Assembly (NCBI GenBank): GCA_964598205.1
Contig: CAZRBB010000002.1
Span: 1 to 50,458, forward strand
Source: an uncultured Candidatus Saccharibacteria bacterium
GTDB taxonomy: Bacteria > Patescibacteriota > Minisyncoccia > CAIUEV01 > JAHKAQ01
Direction: 5' to 3'
DNA: 50,458 nucleotides
Positions 1 to 11,876 of the stretch are shown here, in pieces. The translations under genes and the position numbers were made by a program. Below the pieces are notes generated by a model. The model searched no databases, was not told the origin of the DNA, and saw only the letters and a list, made by a program, of their open reading frames with translations. Numbering within the stretch: position 1 is the stretch's first letter; each line of letters opens with the position of its first letter.

Positions 1-60
1 CCAGCACCAGCACCAGCACCAGCACCAGCACCAGCACCAGCACCAGCACCAGCACCAGCT
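1..60 (+). repeat. Hexanucleotide tandem repeat (CCAGCA)n encoding a Pro-Ala linker
   Basis: Nine CCAGCA units plus CCAGCT, truncated by the window edge. Confidence 0.95.
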
Positions 61-144
61 AAAGATCCTAATGTAACTACTGATAGTTATGATCCAGAAA
101 CACAATGGGTGGCACCTCAAGGCGAATCGGCACCCCCAAGATAA
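1..144 (+). CDS. 3' end of a Pro/Ala-repeat protein (partial)
   Basis: Frame +1 reads (PA)10-KDPNVTTDSYDPETQWVAPQGESAPPR then stop TAA at 142-144; open to the window edge. Confidence 0.65.
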   Translation, partial: PAPAPAPAPAPAPAPAPAPAKDPNVTTDSYDPETQWVAPQGESAPPR

Positions 145-149
145 TTTTT

Positions 150-243
150 AATTTTGAATTCTGAATTTCGAATAAAATTTTAAATTAGAATTTCCAAATT
201 ATTTAGAATTATAAATTATAGCTTTAATCGAAATTCAAAATTA
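150..243. repeat. AT-rich heptamer-based imperfect palindromic intergenic element
   Basis: AATTTTGAATT...TTCGAATAAAATT at left and TTTAATCGAAATTCAAAATT at right; similar to 3533-3660, 34170-34260 and 44455-44577. Confidence 0.7.
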
Positions 244-278
244 TTCATTCCGGTTTCATCCGTAATTAAACGGAAAAC

Positions 279-306
279 TTGACTTCCGAATCAAGGTCGC
301 TATAAT
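279..306 (+). promoter_or_regulatory. Sigma70 promoter of the 23S rRNA gene
   Basis: TTGACT (279-284), 16-bp spacer, TATAAT (301-306); 16-bp spacing is typical of rRNA promoters. Confidence 0.8.
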
Positions 307-507
307 GACAAACAATGTTTTAAAAACTAAGAATCGATTCTAAAAACCTATTTATTTTTTCTGTTGCCGAAAGGCGGTTTCTTTAATTTTAAAGGAAAAT
401 CCTTTCGGCCACGGCAAGGTACGTTTACAAAAAAGATCGCAAAGCTGTGGCGGGCGATCTTGAAAAAGAGCAGATGGCATTTAATCATCATAAGTTAGCT
501 AAAAACA

Positions 508-3427
<2,920 letters not shown>

Positions 3428-3495
3428 TCGTTTTTAGCTAATTTACGGTGATTAATTTCTCCTAAATTATCTTCTGATTTTATATTGTCTTATTT

Positions 3496-3530
3496 AAAAA
3501 CCCCCGCGCTTTTGGCGTGGGGTTTTTGTT
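3496..3530 (+). terminator. Intrinsic terminator after the 23S rRNA, probably bidirectional
   Basis: AAAAACCCCCGCGCTTTTGGCGTGGGGTTTTT: GC stem flanked by A and T tracts. Confidence 0.8.
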
Positions 3531-3532
3531 AG

Positions 3533-3660
3533 TTTTGAATTACGAATTTTGAATTTTGAATAAAATTCTAAATCAGAATTTTCCAAACGAGCCCGTTTCT
3601 AAATTTAAAATTAAAGCATTCGGTATTTAATCGAAATTAAAAATTAGAAATTTAAAATTA
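3533..3660. repeat. AT-rich heptamer-based intergenic element
   Basis: TTTTGAATTACGAATTTTGAATTTTGAATAAAATTCTAAATCAGAATTTTCCAAA resembles 151-198; right arm TTTAATCGAAATTAAAAATT. Confidence 0.7.
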
Positions 3661-3664
3661 ACAT

Positions 3665-4123
3665 CTATGGGCAGCCGCAGCCATCTAATCGGCGGTTAAA
3701 GCTAGCGGTGTTTAATCCATGGTCACCGCTGTTAATTTCTCTATCGGTGGGAGCGATGTCAAGTTTTTTTGCGCCGATAATGGCTCTTGTGCCATTGCAG
3801 GCGTCGTAAGCATAATAATAGGTTACGCCGTCGTGAGTTGGGTCTTGGGGCGTGATTTGTAGAAACGGAAAAAGAGTTCTGGCCAAAGTGCCTGCCGAGG
3901 TAATAATTCCAGAGTTTGTATTTGATGGGTAACAGCCGTTTTTTTCTCGGTATTGCTCCATAGCGCTGACAATAGTAGCGATGTCTTTTTTCCGTTGAGA
4001 ATCGCGAGATTTTCGGATACCACTAACCATAGCGACAAGAACAATGGTCGCAAGAGTACCAATAATTGCTACAACAACCATAGACTCAATTAAAGTAAAG
4101 CCGTTTTTATTTTTTTGATTCAT
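3665..4123 (-). CDS. Type IV pilin / GspG-like prepilin
   Basis: Basic leader KNKNG/FTLIE (class III signal, E5), hydrophobic helix, SRDSQRKKDI..I..A.EQY...G.YP and PQDP motifs. Confidence 0.9.
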   Translation of the reverse strand: MNQKNKNGFTLIESMVVVAIIGTLATIVLVAMVSGIRKSRDSQRKKDIATIVSAMEQYREKNGCYPSNTNSGIITSAGTLARTLFPFLQITPQDPTHDGVTYYYAYDACNGTRAIIGAKKLDIAPTDREINSGDHGLNTASFNRRLDGCGCP

Positions 4124-4229
4124 GTTTGTTTTAGTTAATACAAAATTGTAATAAATCTTTTTTAAAAGAAAATAATCTTTGATTAAATATAGTTTAAAAG
4201 AGAGGAGGTGACAATGAATTACGAATTTC

Positions 4230-4365
4230 GAATTTTGAATTTCGAACAGAAAACGAAGAATTTCGAATTTCGAACAGAAAACGAAGAATTTTGAATTTCG
4301 AACAGAAAACGAAGAATTTTGAATTTCGAACAGAAAACGAAGAATTTTGAATTTCGAACAGAAAA
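4230..4365 (+). repeat. Tandem repeat of a 28-bp unit, about 4.9 copies
   Basis: GAATTT(T/C)GAATTTCGAACAGAAAACGAA starting at 4230, 4258, 4286, 4314 and 4342 (last partial); no spacers. Confidence 0.95.
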
Positions 4366-4524
4366 TAAGGAATTGCGCGTTTATTGAAAAAAAATTCTAA
4401 GAATATACGTATTTATTAGTGGATCAATTGGTGAGGAAAAAATCTTTAAAAATAAGGGCTTGTTATATTTTGAAAAACACCAAAACAGTATTAAAATGAA
4501 TCATAATTTATTTAATCTAATTAA

Positions 4525-5241
4525 ATGAAAAAGTATTTTGTTTGGTTCGGAGCTTTTTTCCTAGTTTTAGTGCTTTCTGGCTGTGGCAAGAAGGGGCAGA
4601 ATGCTAACAATGAAAACGATTTGGTGCCGGCTACCAAAAAAACCGAAAATGTTCAAAAAGAAAACGAAAGCAGTCTGTTTTCTGGAACAATCAAGGATTT
4701 AATGGCCAAGGGAACAAGCATGCAGTGTGCTTGGTCGACCAATAACGAGGCCAATAAAGATTTAGGTAAGGTTAGTGGTACAATTTATGTAAGTGGGACT
4801 AAATTTTTTCAAGAGTATTTTTCTGTTCAGCCGCAAGTAGGAGAGGTAAAGGCTTATGTGTTAAATGATGGTGAATGGATATATCAGTGGAGCTCGCTTT
4901 CTAAAAATGGAACAAAAATGAAGACGGCGGAAGTAGAGCAAATGGCCAAAGATGTTACTAAAAATATGGAAAACGGGAATCCCAATGGGACACCACCCAA
5001 TGATCAGGGACCAAAAAATGAAGCAATGGATTTTAACAACAAGTTTGATTATTCTTGCCAAAAGTGGAGTGTAGATAGTTCTAAATTTCAGCTTCCTTCC
5101 GATATTTTGTTCCAAGATGTTTCGGAAATGTTAAAGGCTTTACCAAAAGTGGGCAAACAAAATAAAGTTAATGCTTGCCAAATGTGCAATAGCTTGCCTG
5201 CTGGCGCAAAAGCTACTTGTTTAGACAGTTGCCAAAAGTAA
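4525..5241 (+). CDS. Hypothetical lipoprotein with Cys-rich C-terminus
   Basis: Signal peptide with lipobox LSGC; C-terminal CQMC...C...C. Confidence 0.8.
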   Translation: MKKYFVWFGAFFLVLVLSGCGKKGQNANNENDLVPATKKTENVQKENESSLFSGTIKDLMAKGTSMQCAWSTNNEANKDLGKVSGTIYVSGTKFFQEYFSVQPQVGEVKAYVLNDGEWIYQWSSLSKNGTKMKTAEVEQMAKDVTKNMENGNPNGTPPNDQGPKNEAMDFNNKFDYSCQKWSVDSSKFQLPSDILFQDVSEMLKALPKVGKQNKVNACQMCNSLPAGAKATCLDSCQK

Positions 5242-5298
5242 AAAATTTACTTTAAGCCCTAAAAAATGCAGGCCAAAAAATAAGTTTAAATTTTTATA

Positions 5299-6609
5299 AT
5301 GGAGGAAAATAAAAAATCTAAAAAAATTAGTCCAGTGGTTAGCCGATCCATACTGATTAGCCTTTTTATTTCCATGATTGTGGGAAGTTCTTTTGGTTTC
5401 TTGGTTTCCTTGGTGGCTACTCGTCACTTAAAAGACGAAATCAAAAAAGATTTAGTCAATGGTAATTTTGCTAAAGAAGCTTTCTTGGAAGTGGAGCAGA
5501 AACAAAAAGAACTAAAAGCGGATCAACAGGAAAGTGAAAACTTAGTAACAGAAACAGTGGCTAATTCTAGCCAGGCAGTGGTGAGTATTATTATTTCCAA
5601 AGACATTCCCATAATCGAACGGTATTTTGAAAACCCTTCTAGCGGTAGTGGTGGTTGGGATGATTTCTTTGGTTCGTTTGGCATGGGAATTCCTAAGGAA
5701 AGACAGTTAGGAACGGAGAAAAAAGAAATTGGTGGAGGTAGTGGATTTTTAGTTTCGGCCGATGGTTTTATTGTGACCAACAAACATGTGGTATTAGACG
5801 AAGAAGCGGAATACACGGTGCTACTAAATGATGGTCGGCGCTTTCAAGCGGTAGTGTTAGGACGGGATCCGGTAAACGATTTAGCAATCCTAAAGATAGA
5901 CCCAGCAACGCCAGAAAAAGGAGAAAAAACAGACAAGTTGCCTTTTCTTGGACTGGGTGATTCGGCGGGATTAAAGGTCGGGCAAACGGTGATTGCCATT
6001 GGTAATTCTTTGGGAGAGTTTCAGAACACAGTTTCTAAGGGAATTGTTTCTGGATTGCGGCGAAACATTACGGCTGGTAACGGCACCGGTCAGGCCGAGG
6101 CGTTAACGGAATTGATTCAAACGGACGCGGCAATCAATCAAGGTAATTCTGGAGGACCACTTCTAAATCTAAAAGGGGAGGTAGTGGGGATTAATGTGGC
6201 GGTGGCTGCTGGGGCGCAAAATGTAGGCTTTGCTCTTTCGGCTAATTCCTTAAAGCCGGTAATAGAATCGGTAAAGAGAGATGGTCAGATTGTGCGACCT
6301 TTTATTGGAGTGCGTTATATTTTAAACAGTGAGGAGCTAGCCAAGGCGAACAACCTTCCTTATGTTTGGGGGGCTTTGGTGCAAAGAGGAGAGACGCCAA
6401 CCGATTTGGCGGTAATTCCTGGATCGCCAGCAGACAAGGCGGGCATTAAGGAAAACGATCTTTTATTAGAAATTAACGGAAAAAAAATAGGTTCTGATTT
6501 TACTCTCGGTTCAGCGATCTTAGACAAGCAACCAGGAGACAAGCTTCAAGTTAAGCTTTGGAGTAAGGGAGAAATTAAAAACACAGAAGTAGTTTTAGAA
6601 AAAAGGTAA
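5299..6609 (+). CDS. htrA: HtrA/DegP-family serine protease with N-terminal TM and one PDZ domain
   Basis: GSGF, TNKHVV (His), DLAILK (Asp), IQTDAAINQGNSGGPL (Ser), C-terminal PDZ with GSPADKAGI. Confidence 0.92.
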   Translation: MEENKKSKKISPVVSRSILISLFISMIVGSSFGFLVSLVATRHLKDEIKKDLVNGNFAKEAFLEVEQKQKELKADQQESENLVTETVANSSQAVVSIIISKDIPIIERYFENPSSGSGGWDDFFGSFGMGIPKERQLGTEKKEIGGGSGFLVSADGFIVTNKHVVLDEEAEYTVLLNDGRRFQAVVLGRDPVNDLAILKIDPATPEKGEKTDKLPFLGLGDSAGLKVGQTVIAIGNSLGEFQNTVSKGIVSGLRRNITAGNGTGQAEALTELIQTDAAINQGNSGGPLLNLKGEVVGINVAVAAGAQNVGFALSANSLKPVIESVKRDGQIVRPFIGVRYILNSEELAKANNLPYVWGALVQRGETPTDLAVIPGSPADKAGIKENDLLLEINGKKIGSDFTLGSAILDKQPGDKLQVKLWSKGEIKNTEVVLEKR

Positions 6610-6678
6610 TTTATTCTAGCTCCCTAAGCAGGGCATTTATAAAGTTAAAATTAAGTTGGAATGGTTTTGGATTTTTTT

Positions 6679-7383
6679 CTATTGTTTAAAAACATAACGG
6701 CCGTTTTTTATAGTGTAGCCTTCTGGCATATTTATTTTATAATCTTGTACTACTTTTTCTGGAATTGATTTATGTAATTTCACCCACAGCTTAATACCTT
6801 TAGGGATCGGTGTTATTTGGCCTTCTAGGATGGCACTGGGCGTTAGCAGGGCTATTTCTGGATTATCTCCGGCGCCGTTAAAAATAATTCCGTCGAATCC
6901 CTCTTTTAAGATTTGAGTGCGTTTTTTTTCGTCAATAGTCATGCCGTAATCAAAAGAGACTGGTTTTAAATTTACAGATGATAAATCGAAAATATTGACT
7001 TCTTTTGTTTTTGAATAAGACTGTGCGTATTCGGGATTGGTAGTCAAGGATAAGCCATAGATTTTCTTGCCTTCAGGAGTAGTTTTTTCACCTACGGAAG
7101 TATTAGACGAGTACCATTTTATTTTTTTTGCATCTTCTGGTGTTATCGGTTCTACTGGCTCTGGTTGTTCAGCTTCTGCTTGACTGATTATTATTTCTGG
7201 TCCAGTGGTTTCTTTTTTGTTTTGTGTGGAATTTTGATTGATTGGGTCATCTATTTTTCCAGCAGTGTTAATATTATTAGTAATAGCTTCTGCAGGAATG
7301 GGCATGAAAATGCCGAATTCAATTGCGTTTTTTCGGTTAGGCATAAGATAGTTTACCCTTACTTCTCCATATTTAGTATTCAT
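6679..7383 (-). CDS. Hypothetical protein; larC-like N-terminal peptide fused to a region resembling ADP-ribosyltransferase-like domains of phage polyvalent proteins
   Basis: 234-aa ORF whose start lies inside the 72-bp repeat; motifs GLSLTTNPEYAQSY and EGFDGIIF...EIALLTP. Confidence 0.5.
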   Translation of the reverse strand: MNTKYGEVRVNYLMPNRKNAIEFGIFMPIPAEAITNNINTAGKIDDPINQNSTQNKKETTGPEIIISQAEAEQPEPVEPITPEDAKKIKWYSSNTSVGEKTTPEGKKIYGLSLTTNPEYAQSYSKTKEVNIFDLSSVNLKPVSFDYGMTIDEKKRTQILKEGFDGIIFNGAGDNPEIALLTPSAILEGQITPIPKGIKLWVKLHKSIPEKVVQDYKINMPEGYTIKNGRYVFKQ

Positions 7384-7430
7384 TCTAACAGTTTTTTGTT
7401 CAAGTTCAAATCTTTTTAATGCACCAATCC
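7359..7430 (-). repeat. 72-bp direct repeat, copy 1 (larC-like coding fragment)
   Basis: Identical to 10031-10102; encodes IGALKRFELEQKTVRMNTKYGEV. Confidence 0.95.
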
Positions 7431-7520
7431 TTGCTTTAAAAGTGGTTGTTTCTTTTAAAATTATTTAAAAGTTGAGGTGAGGAAATAAATTGAAAATTCT
7501 TTACAATTTTTAATTGGTAT

Positions 7521-10118
7521 TTAGTATACAAGATACGAAATTGTTTTGGTTTTTGTATTAGTTTTAATATCAACTGCATACCAACGATACCAGCCAAATT
7601 TTTTAGTAATTTTATAGCCTAGTGAAAAGTTACCTTTTTCGTCAGTATTAACAAAAACAGGAGCGTAATAGCCACCCGAAAAACTCGAGAAGTAAAGAGC
7701 TATTTTGCTGTTAGGAGAAAATCCATCACCCGATTGAATCATTATGTCTCCCTTGTGACCTTTTTTGGGAGAATTAAAGATTGAATATGAATCTGGATTG
7801 AAAGTGACTTCTTTTTTATAAGTTTTTGATACTTCACCATTTTTATCTTTAAACTTGAAAAAAAATTTCTGCTTGCCCCTTTCTTCCTGACTAATATTAA
7901 GCTTGATATTTTTCTTTATTTTTTTCCATTTAGTTTTTTCAAAATTAGATTGCGTAGAGATCTTATATTCCCTTACTTCAGAAATATTTTTAAACTCCAG
8001 TACTACTTCTTTTTGTGAAGTTTTTTTATTTTTGACATCTTTACTATCAAAATCAAGCTTCAAATTTTTAAAAAATTCTTCTTCTGGTGTAACCGTCACC
8101 GTTACAACATACACCTGAGTCGATGCATCCGCAGCGGTGACCGTATAATTTACGGGACTTGTAAAGTTTTGTGCTACGCTGGTATTTGGATTGATTGATG
8201 CTCCGGTGATTGTGATTGCAGGAATAAGAGCGGTTACATTTGTGCCTATTGGCATTGTGACCGAGATTGTGTGCGTGCCTTCATTGATCGTTGTTGTTCC
8301 TGTTTGGTTGGGAATGGTGAAGGCGGTGATGGCCTTTTCTGAACTTAAAGCTGGTGTAACCGTCACCGTTACAACATACACCTGAGTCGATGCATCCGCA
8401 GCGGTGACCGTATAATTTACGGGACTTGTAAAGTTTTGTGCTACGCTGGTATTTGGATTGATTGATGCTCCGGTGATTGTGATTGCAGGAATAAGAGCGG
8501 TTACATTTGTGCCTATTGGCATTGTGACCGAGATTGTGTGCGTGCCTTCATTGATCGTTGTTGTTCCTGTTTGGTTGGGAATGGTGAAGGCGGTGATGGC
8601 CTTTTCTGAACTTAAAGCTGGTGTAACCGTCGCAACAGCACTAAAACTCTGCGAAACATGTCCGGCATCATCTTTGACCCAAGCATAAAGAGTTTTAGTG
8701 CCTGCTGAGGAAGCAGTATATGAGGTCGGAGGAATTACTGACCAAACAATATCATCAACCAATGGCGGTGTTACTGATTCTGTAATTCTATAACCACCTA
8801 TATCACCATCGTCAGTGGCGGCGAAGGTTGTAATGGATACTGCTAAAGAAGAACTGCTTGCTGGAATTGTAAAAGCAGACACAGTCGGAATAGCAGGCGC
8901 GCCAGAAAGAATCTCTCTACGAAAAATACTCTTTTTTTCATCAGGCCAATTCGGAAACCAATAACCATAATAAAGGTAATATTTACCATCAATCAGCTCA
9001 ATATCCGGATAGCTTATCCAGCATGAATCAAATTTTTGAGCTAACAAAAAAGGATTTTGCGTATTTTTTGTCCACGCTGAAATATTATCAATATCGTTGG
9101 TTCTTGCTAAGCCAATGCCCCACTTGCCGTTGCAATTATATTTAGTTGCACCTTCAAAAAATAAATATTGGTAACCATTCTCATAAATTGCCGACGCTGA
9201 TCCAAAATTTTTCTCATCCCAAAGCCCGGCTGAAGACTGTGGAAGTTGGCCACTGGTCACATCATCAGTTAATCGCTTAAAAAGATCAGCTGTGTCCATT
9301 TTAATTTGATGGTGTGTTGTTATTTCTGTTGAGCCATTCACGCTTACCCATTGAAGATATAAATCACCGCTAGGCGCTTCTATGAAATTGGGGGTACTTG
9401 CGCTTTTGTCCCAACCAGTTGCACATATTGGAATGCCTTTGATTTCCCAATTAGTAATGCCGTCTACTGAAAAAGCGATAAAGCTAGAAAAAGCACAACC
9501 AGAAACACCAACGCCTTCAAATACCATATAATACCCATCGCTTCTTTTTATAACATCCGGATCATAAGCGGAAATCGTTATTCCAGCAGGAACAATTATT
9601 GGATTTGACTGGACTATAAATGTTTTTCCGTTATCAGATGAAATGGCCATATTTATTTGAAAAGTTCCAGCTGGGGCAATCGCTTGTCTGAAATAGGCAT
9701 ATAGTGTTCCGCTCGCACCTTCAACAACAGCCAGTCTGCCTGGAGCGAATGATTCATCATAAATCGCGGGTATACCCGAAAAAACAACTTGTTCGGCAGG
9801 ACCAAGATGTGCTGTCTCCGACCATAAATCAGCAAGAGTAGCACTAGCAAAAACGCTTTTTGTCATTCCCGAAAAACTAAAAACAAAAAAAAATAAAAAT
9901 ATTATTTTTTTTATAATCTTAGAATATACGGACTTGAGTGGTAGTTTATTTTTAATTGCCATTTTTTTGCAATCTTCTAATTCCGGCTTGGAAGTGATTA
10001 GTCTCCCGTTGTAGTACCCCTTTTTTATTTTTACTTCTCCATATTTAGTATTCATTCTAACAGTTTTTTGTTCAAGTTCAAATCTTTTTAATGCACCAAT
10101 CCGCAACAAGAAATCCAA
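7521..10118 (-). CDS. Large secreted protein: beta-propeller glycoside-hydrolase-like domain plus Ig-like repeats, preceded in frame by a LarC C-terminal-like fragment
   Basis: Signal-like KKIIFLFFFVFSF..VFASA after about 67 aa; propeller-type motifs SSDNGKTF, YDPDV, YYMVFEG, IGLART, YPDIE; two identical 89-aa repeats; true start uncertain. Confidence 0.7.
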   Translation of the reverse strand: MDFLLRIGALKRFELEQKTVRMNTKYGEVKIKKGYYNGRLITSKPELEDCKKMAIKNKLPLKSVYSKIIKKIIFLFFFVFSFSGMTKSVFASATLADLWSETAHLGPAEQVVFSGIPAIYDESFAPGRLAVVEGASGTLYAYFRQAIAPAGTFQINMAISSDNGKTFIVQSNPIIVPAGITISAYDPDVIKRSDGYYMVFEGVGVSGCAFSSFIAFSVDGITNWEIKGIPICATGWDKSASTPNFIEAPSGDLYLQWVSVNGSTEITTHHQIKMDTADLFKRLTDDVTSGQLPQSSAGLWDEKNFGSASAIYENGYQYLFFEGATKYNCNGKWGIGLARTNDIDNISAWTKNTQNPFLLAQKFDSCWISYPDIELIDGKYYLYYGYWFPNWPDEKKSIFRREILSGAPAIPTVSAFTIPASSSSLAVSITTFAATDDGDIGGYRITESVTPPLVDDIVWSVIPPTSYTASSAGTKTLYAWVKDDAGHVSQSFSAVATVTPALSSEKAITAFTIPNQTGTTTINEGTHTISVTMPIGTNVTALIPAITITGASINPNTSVAQNFTSPVNYTVTAADASTQVYVVTVTVTPALSSEKAITAFTIPNQTGTTTINEGTHTISVTMPIGTNVTALIPAITITGASINPNTSVAQNFTSPVNYTVTAADASTQVYVVTVTVTPEEEFFKNLKLDFDSKDVKNKKTSQKEVVLEFKNISEVREYKISTQSNFEKTKWKKIKKNIKLNISQEERGKQKFFFKFKDKNGEVSKTYKKEVTFNPDSYSIFNSPKKGHKGDIMIQSGDGFSPNSKIALYFSSFSGGYYAPVFVNTDEKGNFSLGYKITKKFGWYRWYAVDIKTNTKTKTISYLVY
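8084..8631 (-). repeat. Intragenic 267-bp tandem duplication (2 copies plus 14 bp)
   Basis: CTGGTGTAACCGTC at 8084, 8351 and 8618; the two units read identical. Confidence 0.92.
10031..10102 (-). repeat. 72-bp direct repeat, copy 2
   Basis: Identical to 7359-7430. Confidence 0.95.
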
Positions 10119-10385
10119 ACCCTAATCACACTTTCCCATCAGTCTTTTTTCCCCTAAGATTGAAACTTCCCTTCCTTTTTGCTATCTTTTAATCAGCTTC
10201 AAGAAACAGCCGAGTCAAATTCAAAAATTAAGAGGCGTTTTTTAAAAAGCTTGGTGGCTTGTTTTTTGTTTTTAGTCGGCTTTTGGTTTGCAAGGATGCT
10301 CACTGTTTATCTTCTTGGTGTTATAGTCATGGTGCTGCCGTTATAAATATTTATCGCCACAGCGCTGCCGTTATAATTTTTCCCC

Positions 10386-11873
10386 ATGAATAACAATATT
10401 TCCGAACCAGTCAGAACCCGCATTGCTCCTTCACCAACAGGCTTTTTGCATATTGGTAGCTTAAGAACGGCGCTAACCAACTATCTTTTTGCCAAAAAAA
10501 ACAACGGTGTTTTTTTGGTTCGGCTAGAAGACACTGACCGCAAACGGTTTGTGCCGGGATCAACAGAAGACTTGGTGCGGTCGTTACGATGGGCGGGATT
10601 GACTTGGCAAGAGGGAGTGGATTTGGATCAAGACGGAAAGGTTATAGAAAAGGGCGACTTTGGTCCGTACACCCAATCACACCGGTTAGAGACTTATCAA
10701 AAATATGTTCAAGAATTAATCGCCAAAGAAAAAGCCTACTATTGTTTTTGCTCCCAGGAACGGTTAGAAGAAGTAAGAAAAGAAAGAACGGTAGCGGGAA
10801 TGCCTCCCAAGTACGATCGTCACTGCTTAACCTTACCTCAGAGTGAAATCAAGGCGCGTTTAAAAAATAAAGAAAGTTTTGTTATTCGCTTACGAGTACC
10901 AGAAGGGGAGCAGATTGTTTTTAACGATCTAGTAAGAGGAAAAATAACAATTGGATCAGACATTCTAGACGATCAGGTTTTAATGAAGTCAGACGGCTAC
11001 CCCACTTACCATTTGGCGGTAGTGGTGGACGATTATTTAATGAAGATAACTCATGTTCTTCGGGCCGAAGAATGGCTTTCTTCTACCCCCAAACACATTT
11101 TGATTTATCGGGCGTTTGGTTGGCCGTTGCCCCAGTTCGGCCACTTGCCTCAACTTTTAAATTTGAACGGTAAGAAGTTGAGCAAAAGGGACGGTGATGT
11201 TTCTGTTCGGGATTTTATAAAGAAAGGCTATTTGCCCCAAGCGATTATTAATTTTATTGCCCTTTTGGGTTGGAACCCTAAAACTACCGAAGAATTTTTT
11301 TCCTTAAAAGATTTGGAAGAGGCTTTTGATTTTAAAAAGATTAATAAGGCAGGAGCCAAGTTTGATTACGGCCGCTTAAATTGGTTTAACGCTCAATATT
11401 TAAAAAAGTTAAGTGAAAAAGAATATTTAGAAGTAAGCCAGCGGATTTGGGAGGCTAACCATTTGCCAGAACAATTTTTGGATCAGGAAAAGCGGGAGCG
11501 AATCGCTTTGGTACAGCGGGAAAGAACGGGAGACCCCGAAAAAATGTTTACCGAAGTGGAATATTTGATTCGGGGAGAAATTGATTACGCACCAGAACTG
11601 CTTTTTTGGAAACAAATGACTACGGAAGAAATAAAAAATAATTTAGAAAAAGCTAAGCAAGTTATTGAAAGTTTAAGTGATAAAGAATATAATCTAGCTT
11701 CTTTAACGGAAGCGCTTTTGGTGGCAGCAGGGGACAATCGGGGAGAATTCTTGTGGCCGTTGCGTTCGGCACTGACCGGAGAGAAGAAATCGCCTAGCCC
11801 CTTTGAATGCGCTTGGGTGTTGGGAAAGAAAGAATCAATCAAAAGAATCAATCAAGCTATAAATTTAATTTAA
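10386..11873 (+). CDS. gltX: Glutamyl-tRNA synthetase
   Basis: RTRIAPSPTGFLHIG, RLEDTD, YYCFCS, PTYHLAVVVDD, KLSKR. Confidence 0.97.
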   Translation: MNNNISEPVRTRIAPSPTGFLHIGSLRTALTNYLFAKKNNGVFLVRLEDTDRKRFVPGSTEDLVRSLRWAGLTWQEGVDLDQDGKVIEKGDFGPYTQSHRLETYQKYVQELIAKEKAYYCFCSQERLEEVRKERTVAGMPPKYDRHCLTLPQSEIKARLKNKESFVIRLRVPEGEQIVFNDLVRGKITIGSDILDDQVLMKSDGYPTYHLAVVVDDYLMKITHVLRAEEWLSSTPKHILIYRAFGWPLPQFGHLPQLLNLNGKKLSKRDGDVSVRDFIKKGYLPQAIINFIALLGWNPKTTEEFFSLKDLEEAFDFKKINKAGAKFDYGRLNWFNAQYLKKLSEKEYLEVSQRIWEANHLPEQFLDQEKRERIALVQRERTGDPEKMFTEVEYLIRGEIDYAPELLFWKQMTTEEIKNNLEKAKQVIESLSDKEYNLASLTEALLVAAGDNRGEFLWPLRSALTGEKKSPSPFECAWVLGKKESIKRINQAINLI

Positions 11874-11876
11874 GCC

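Noticed and set aside
4230..4365. Possible CRISPR array (28-bp repeats)
   Set aside because: Units are directly adjacent with no unique spacers, and there are no cas genes.
7359..10118. Functional larC gene or lar operon
   Set aside because: Only about 75 aa of the C-terminal region is present, split in two, with no larA/B/E.
10200..10385. T-box riboswitch ahead of the tRNA synthetases
   Set aside because: No convincing T-box consensus (GGTGGNACCGCG) or terminator/antiterminator pair.
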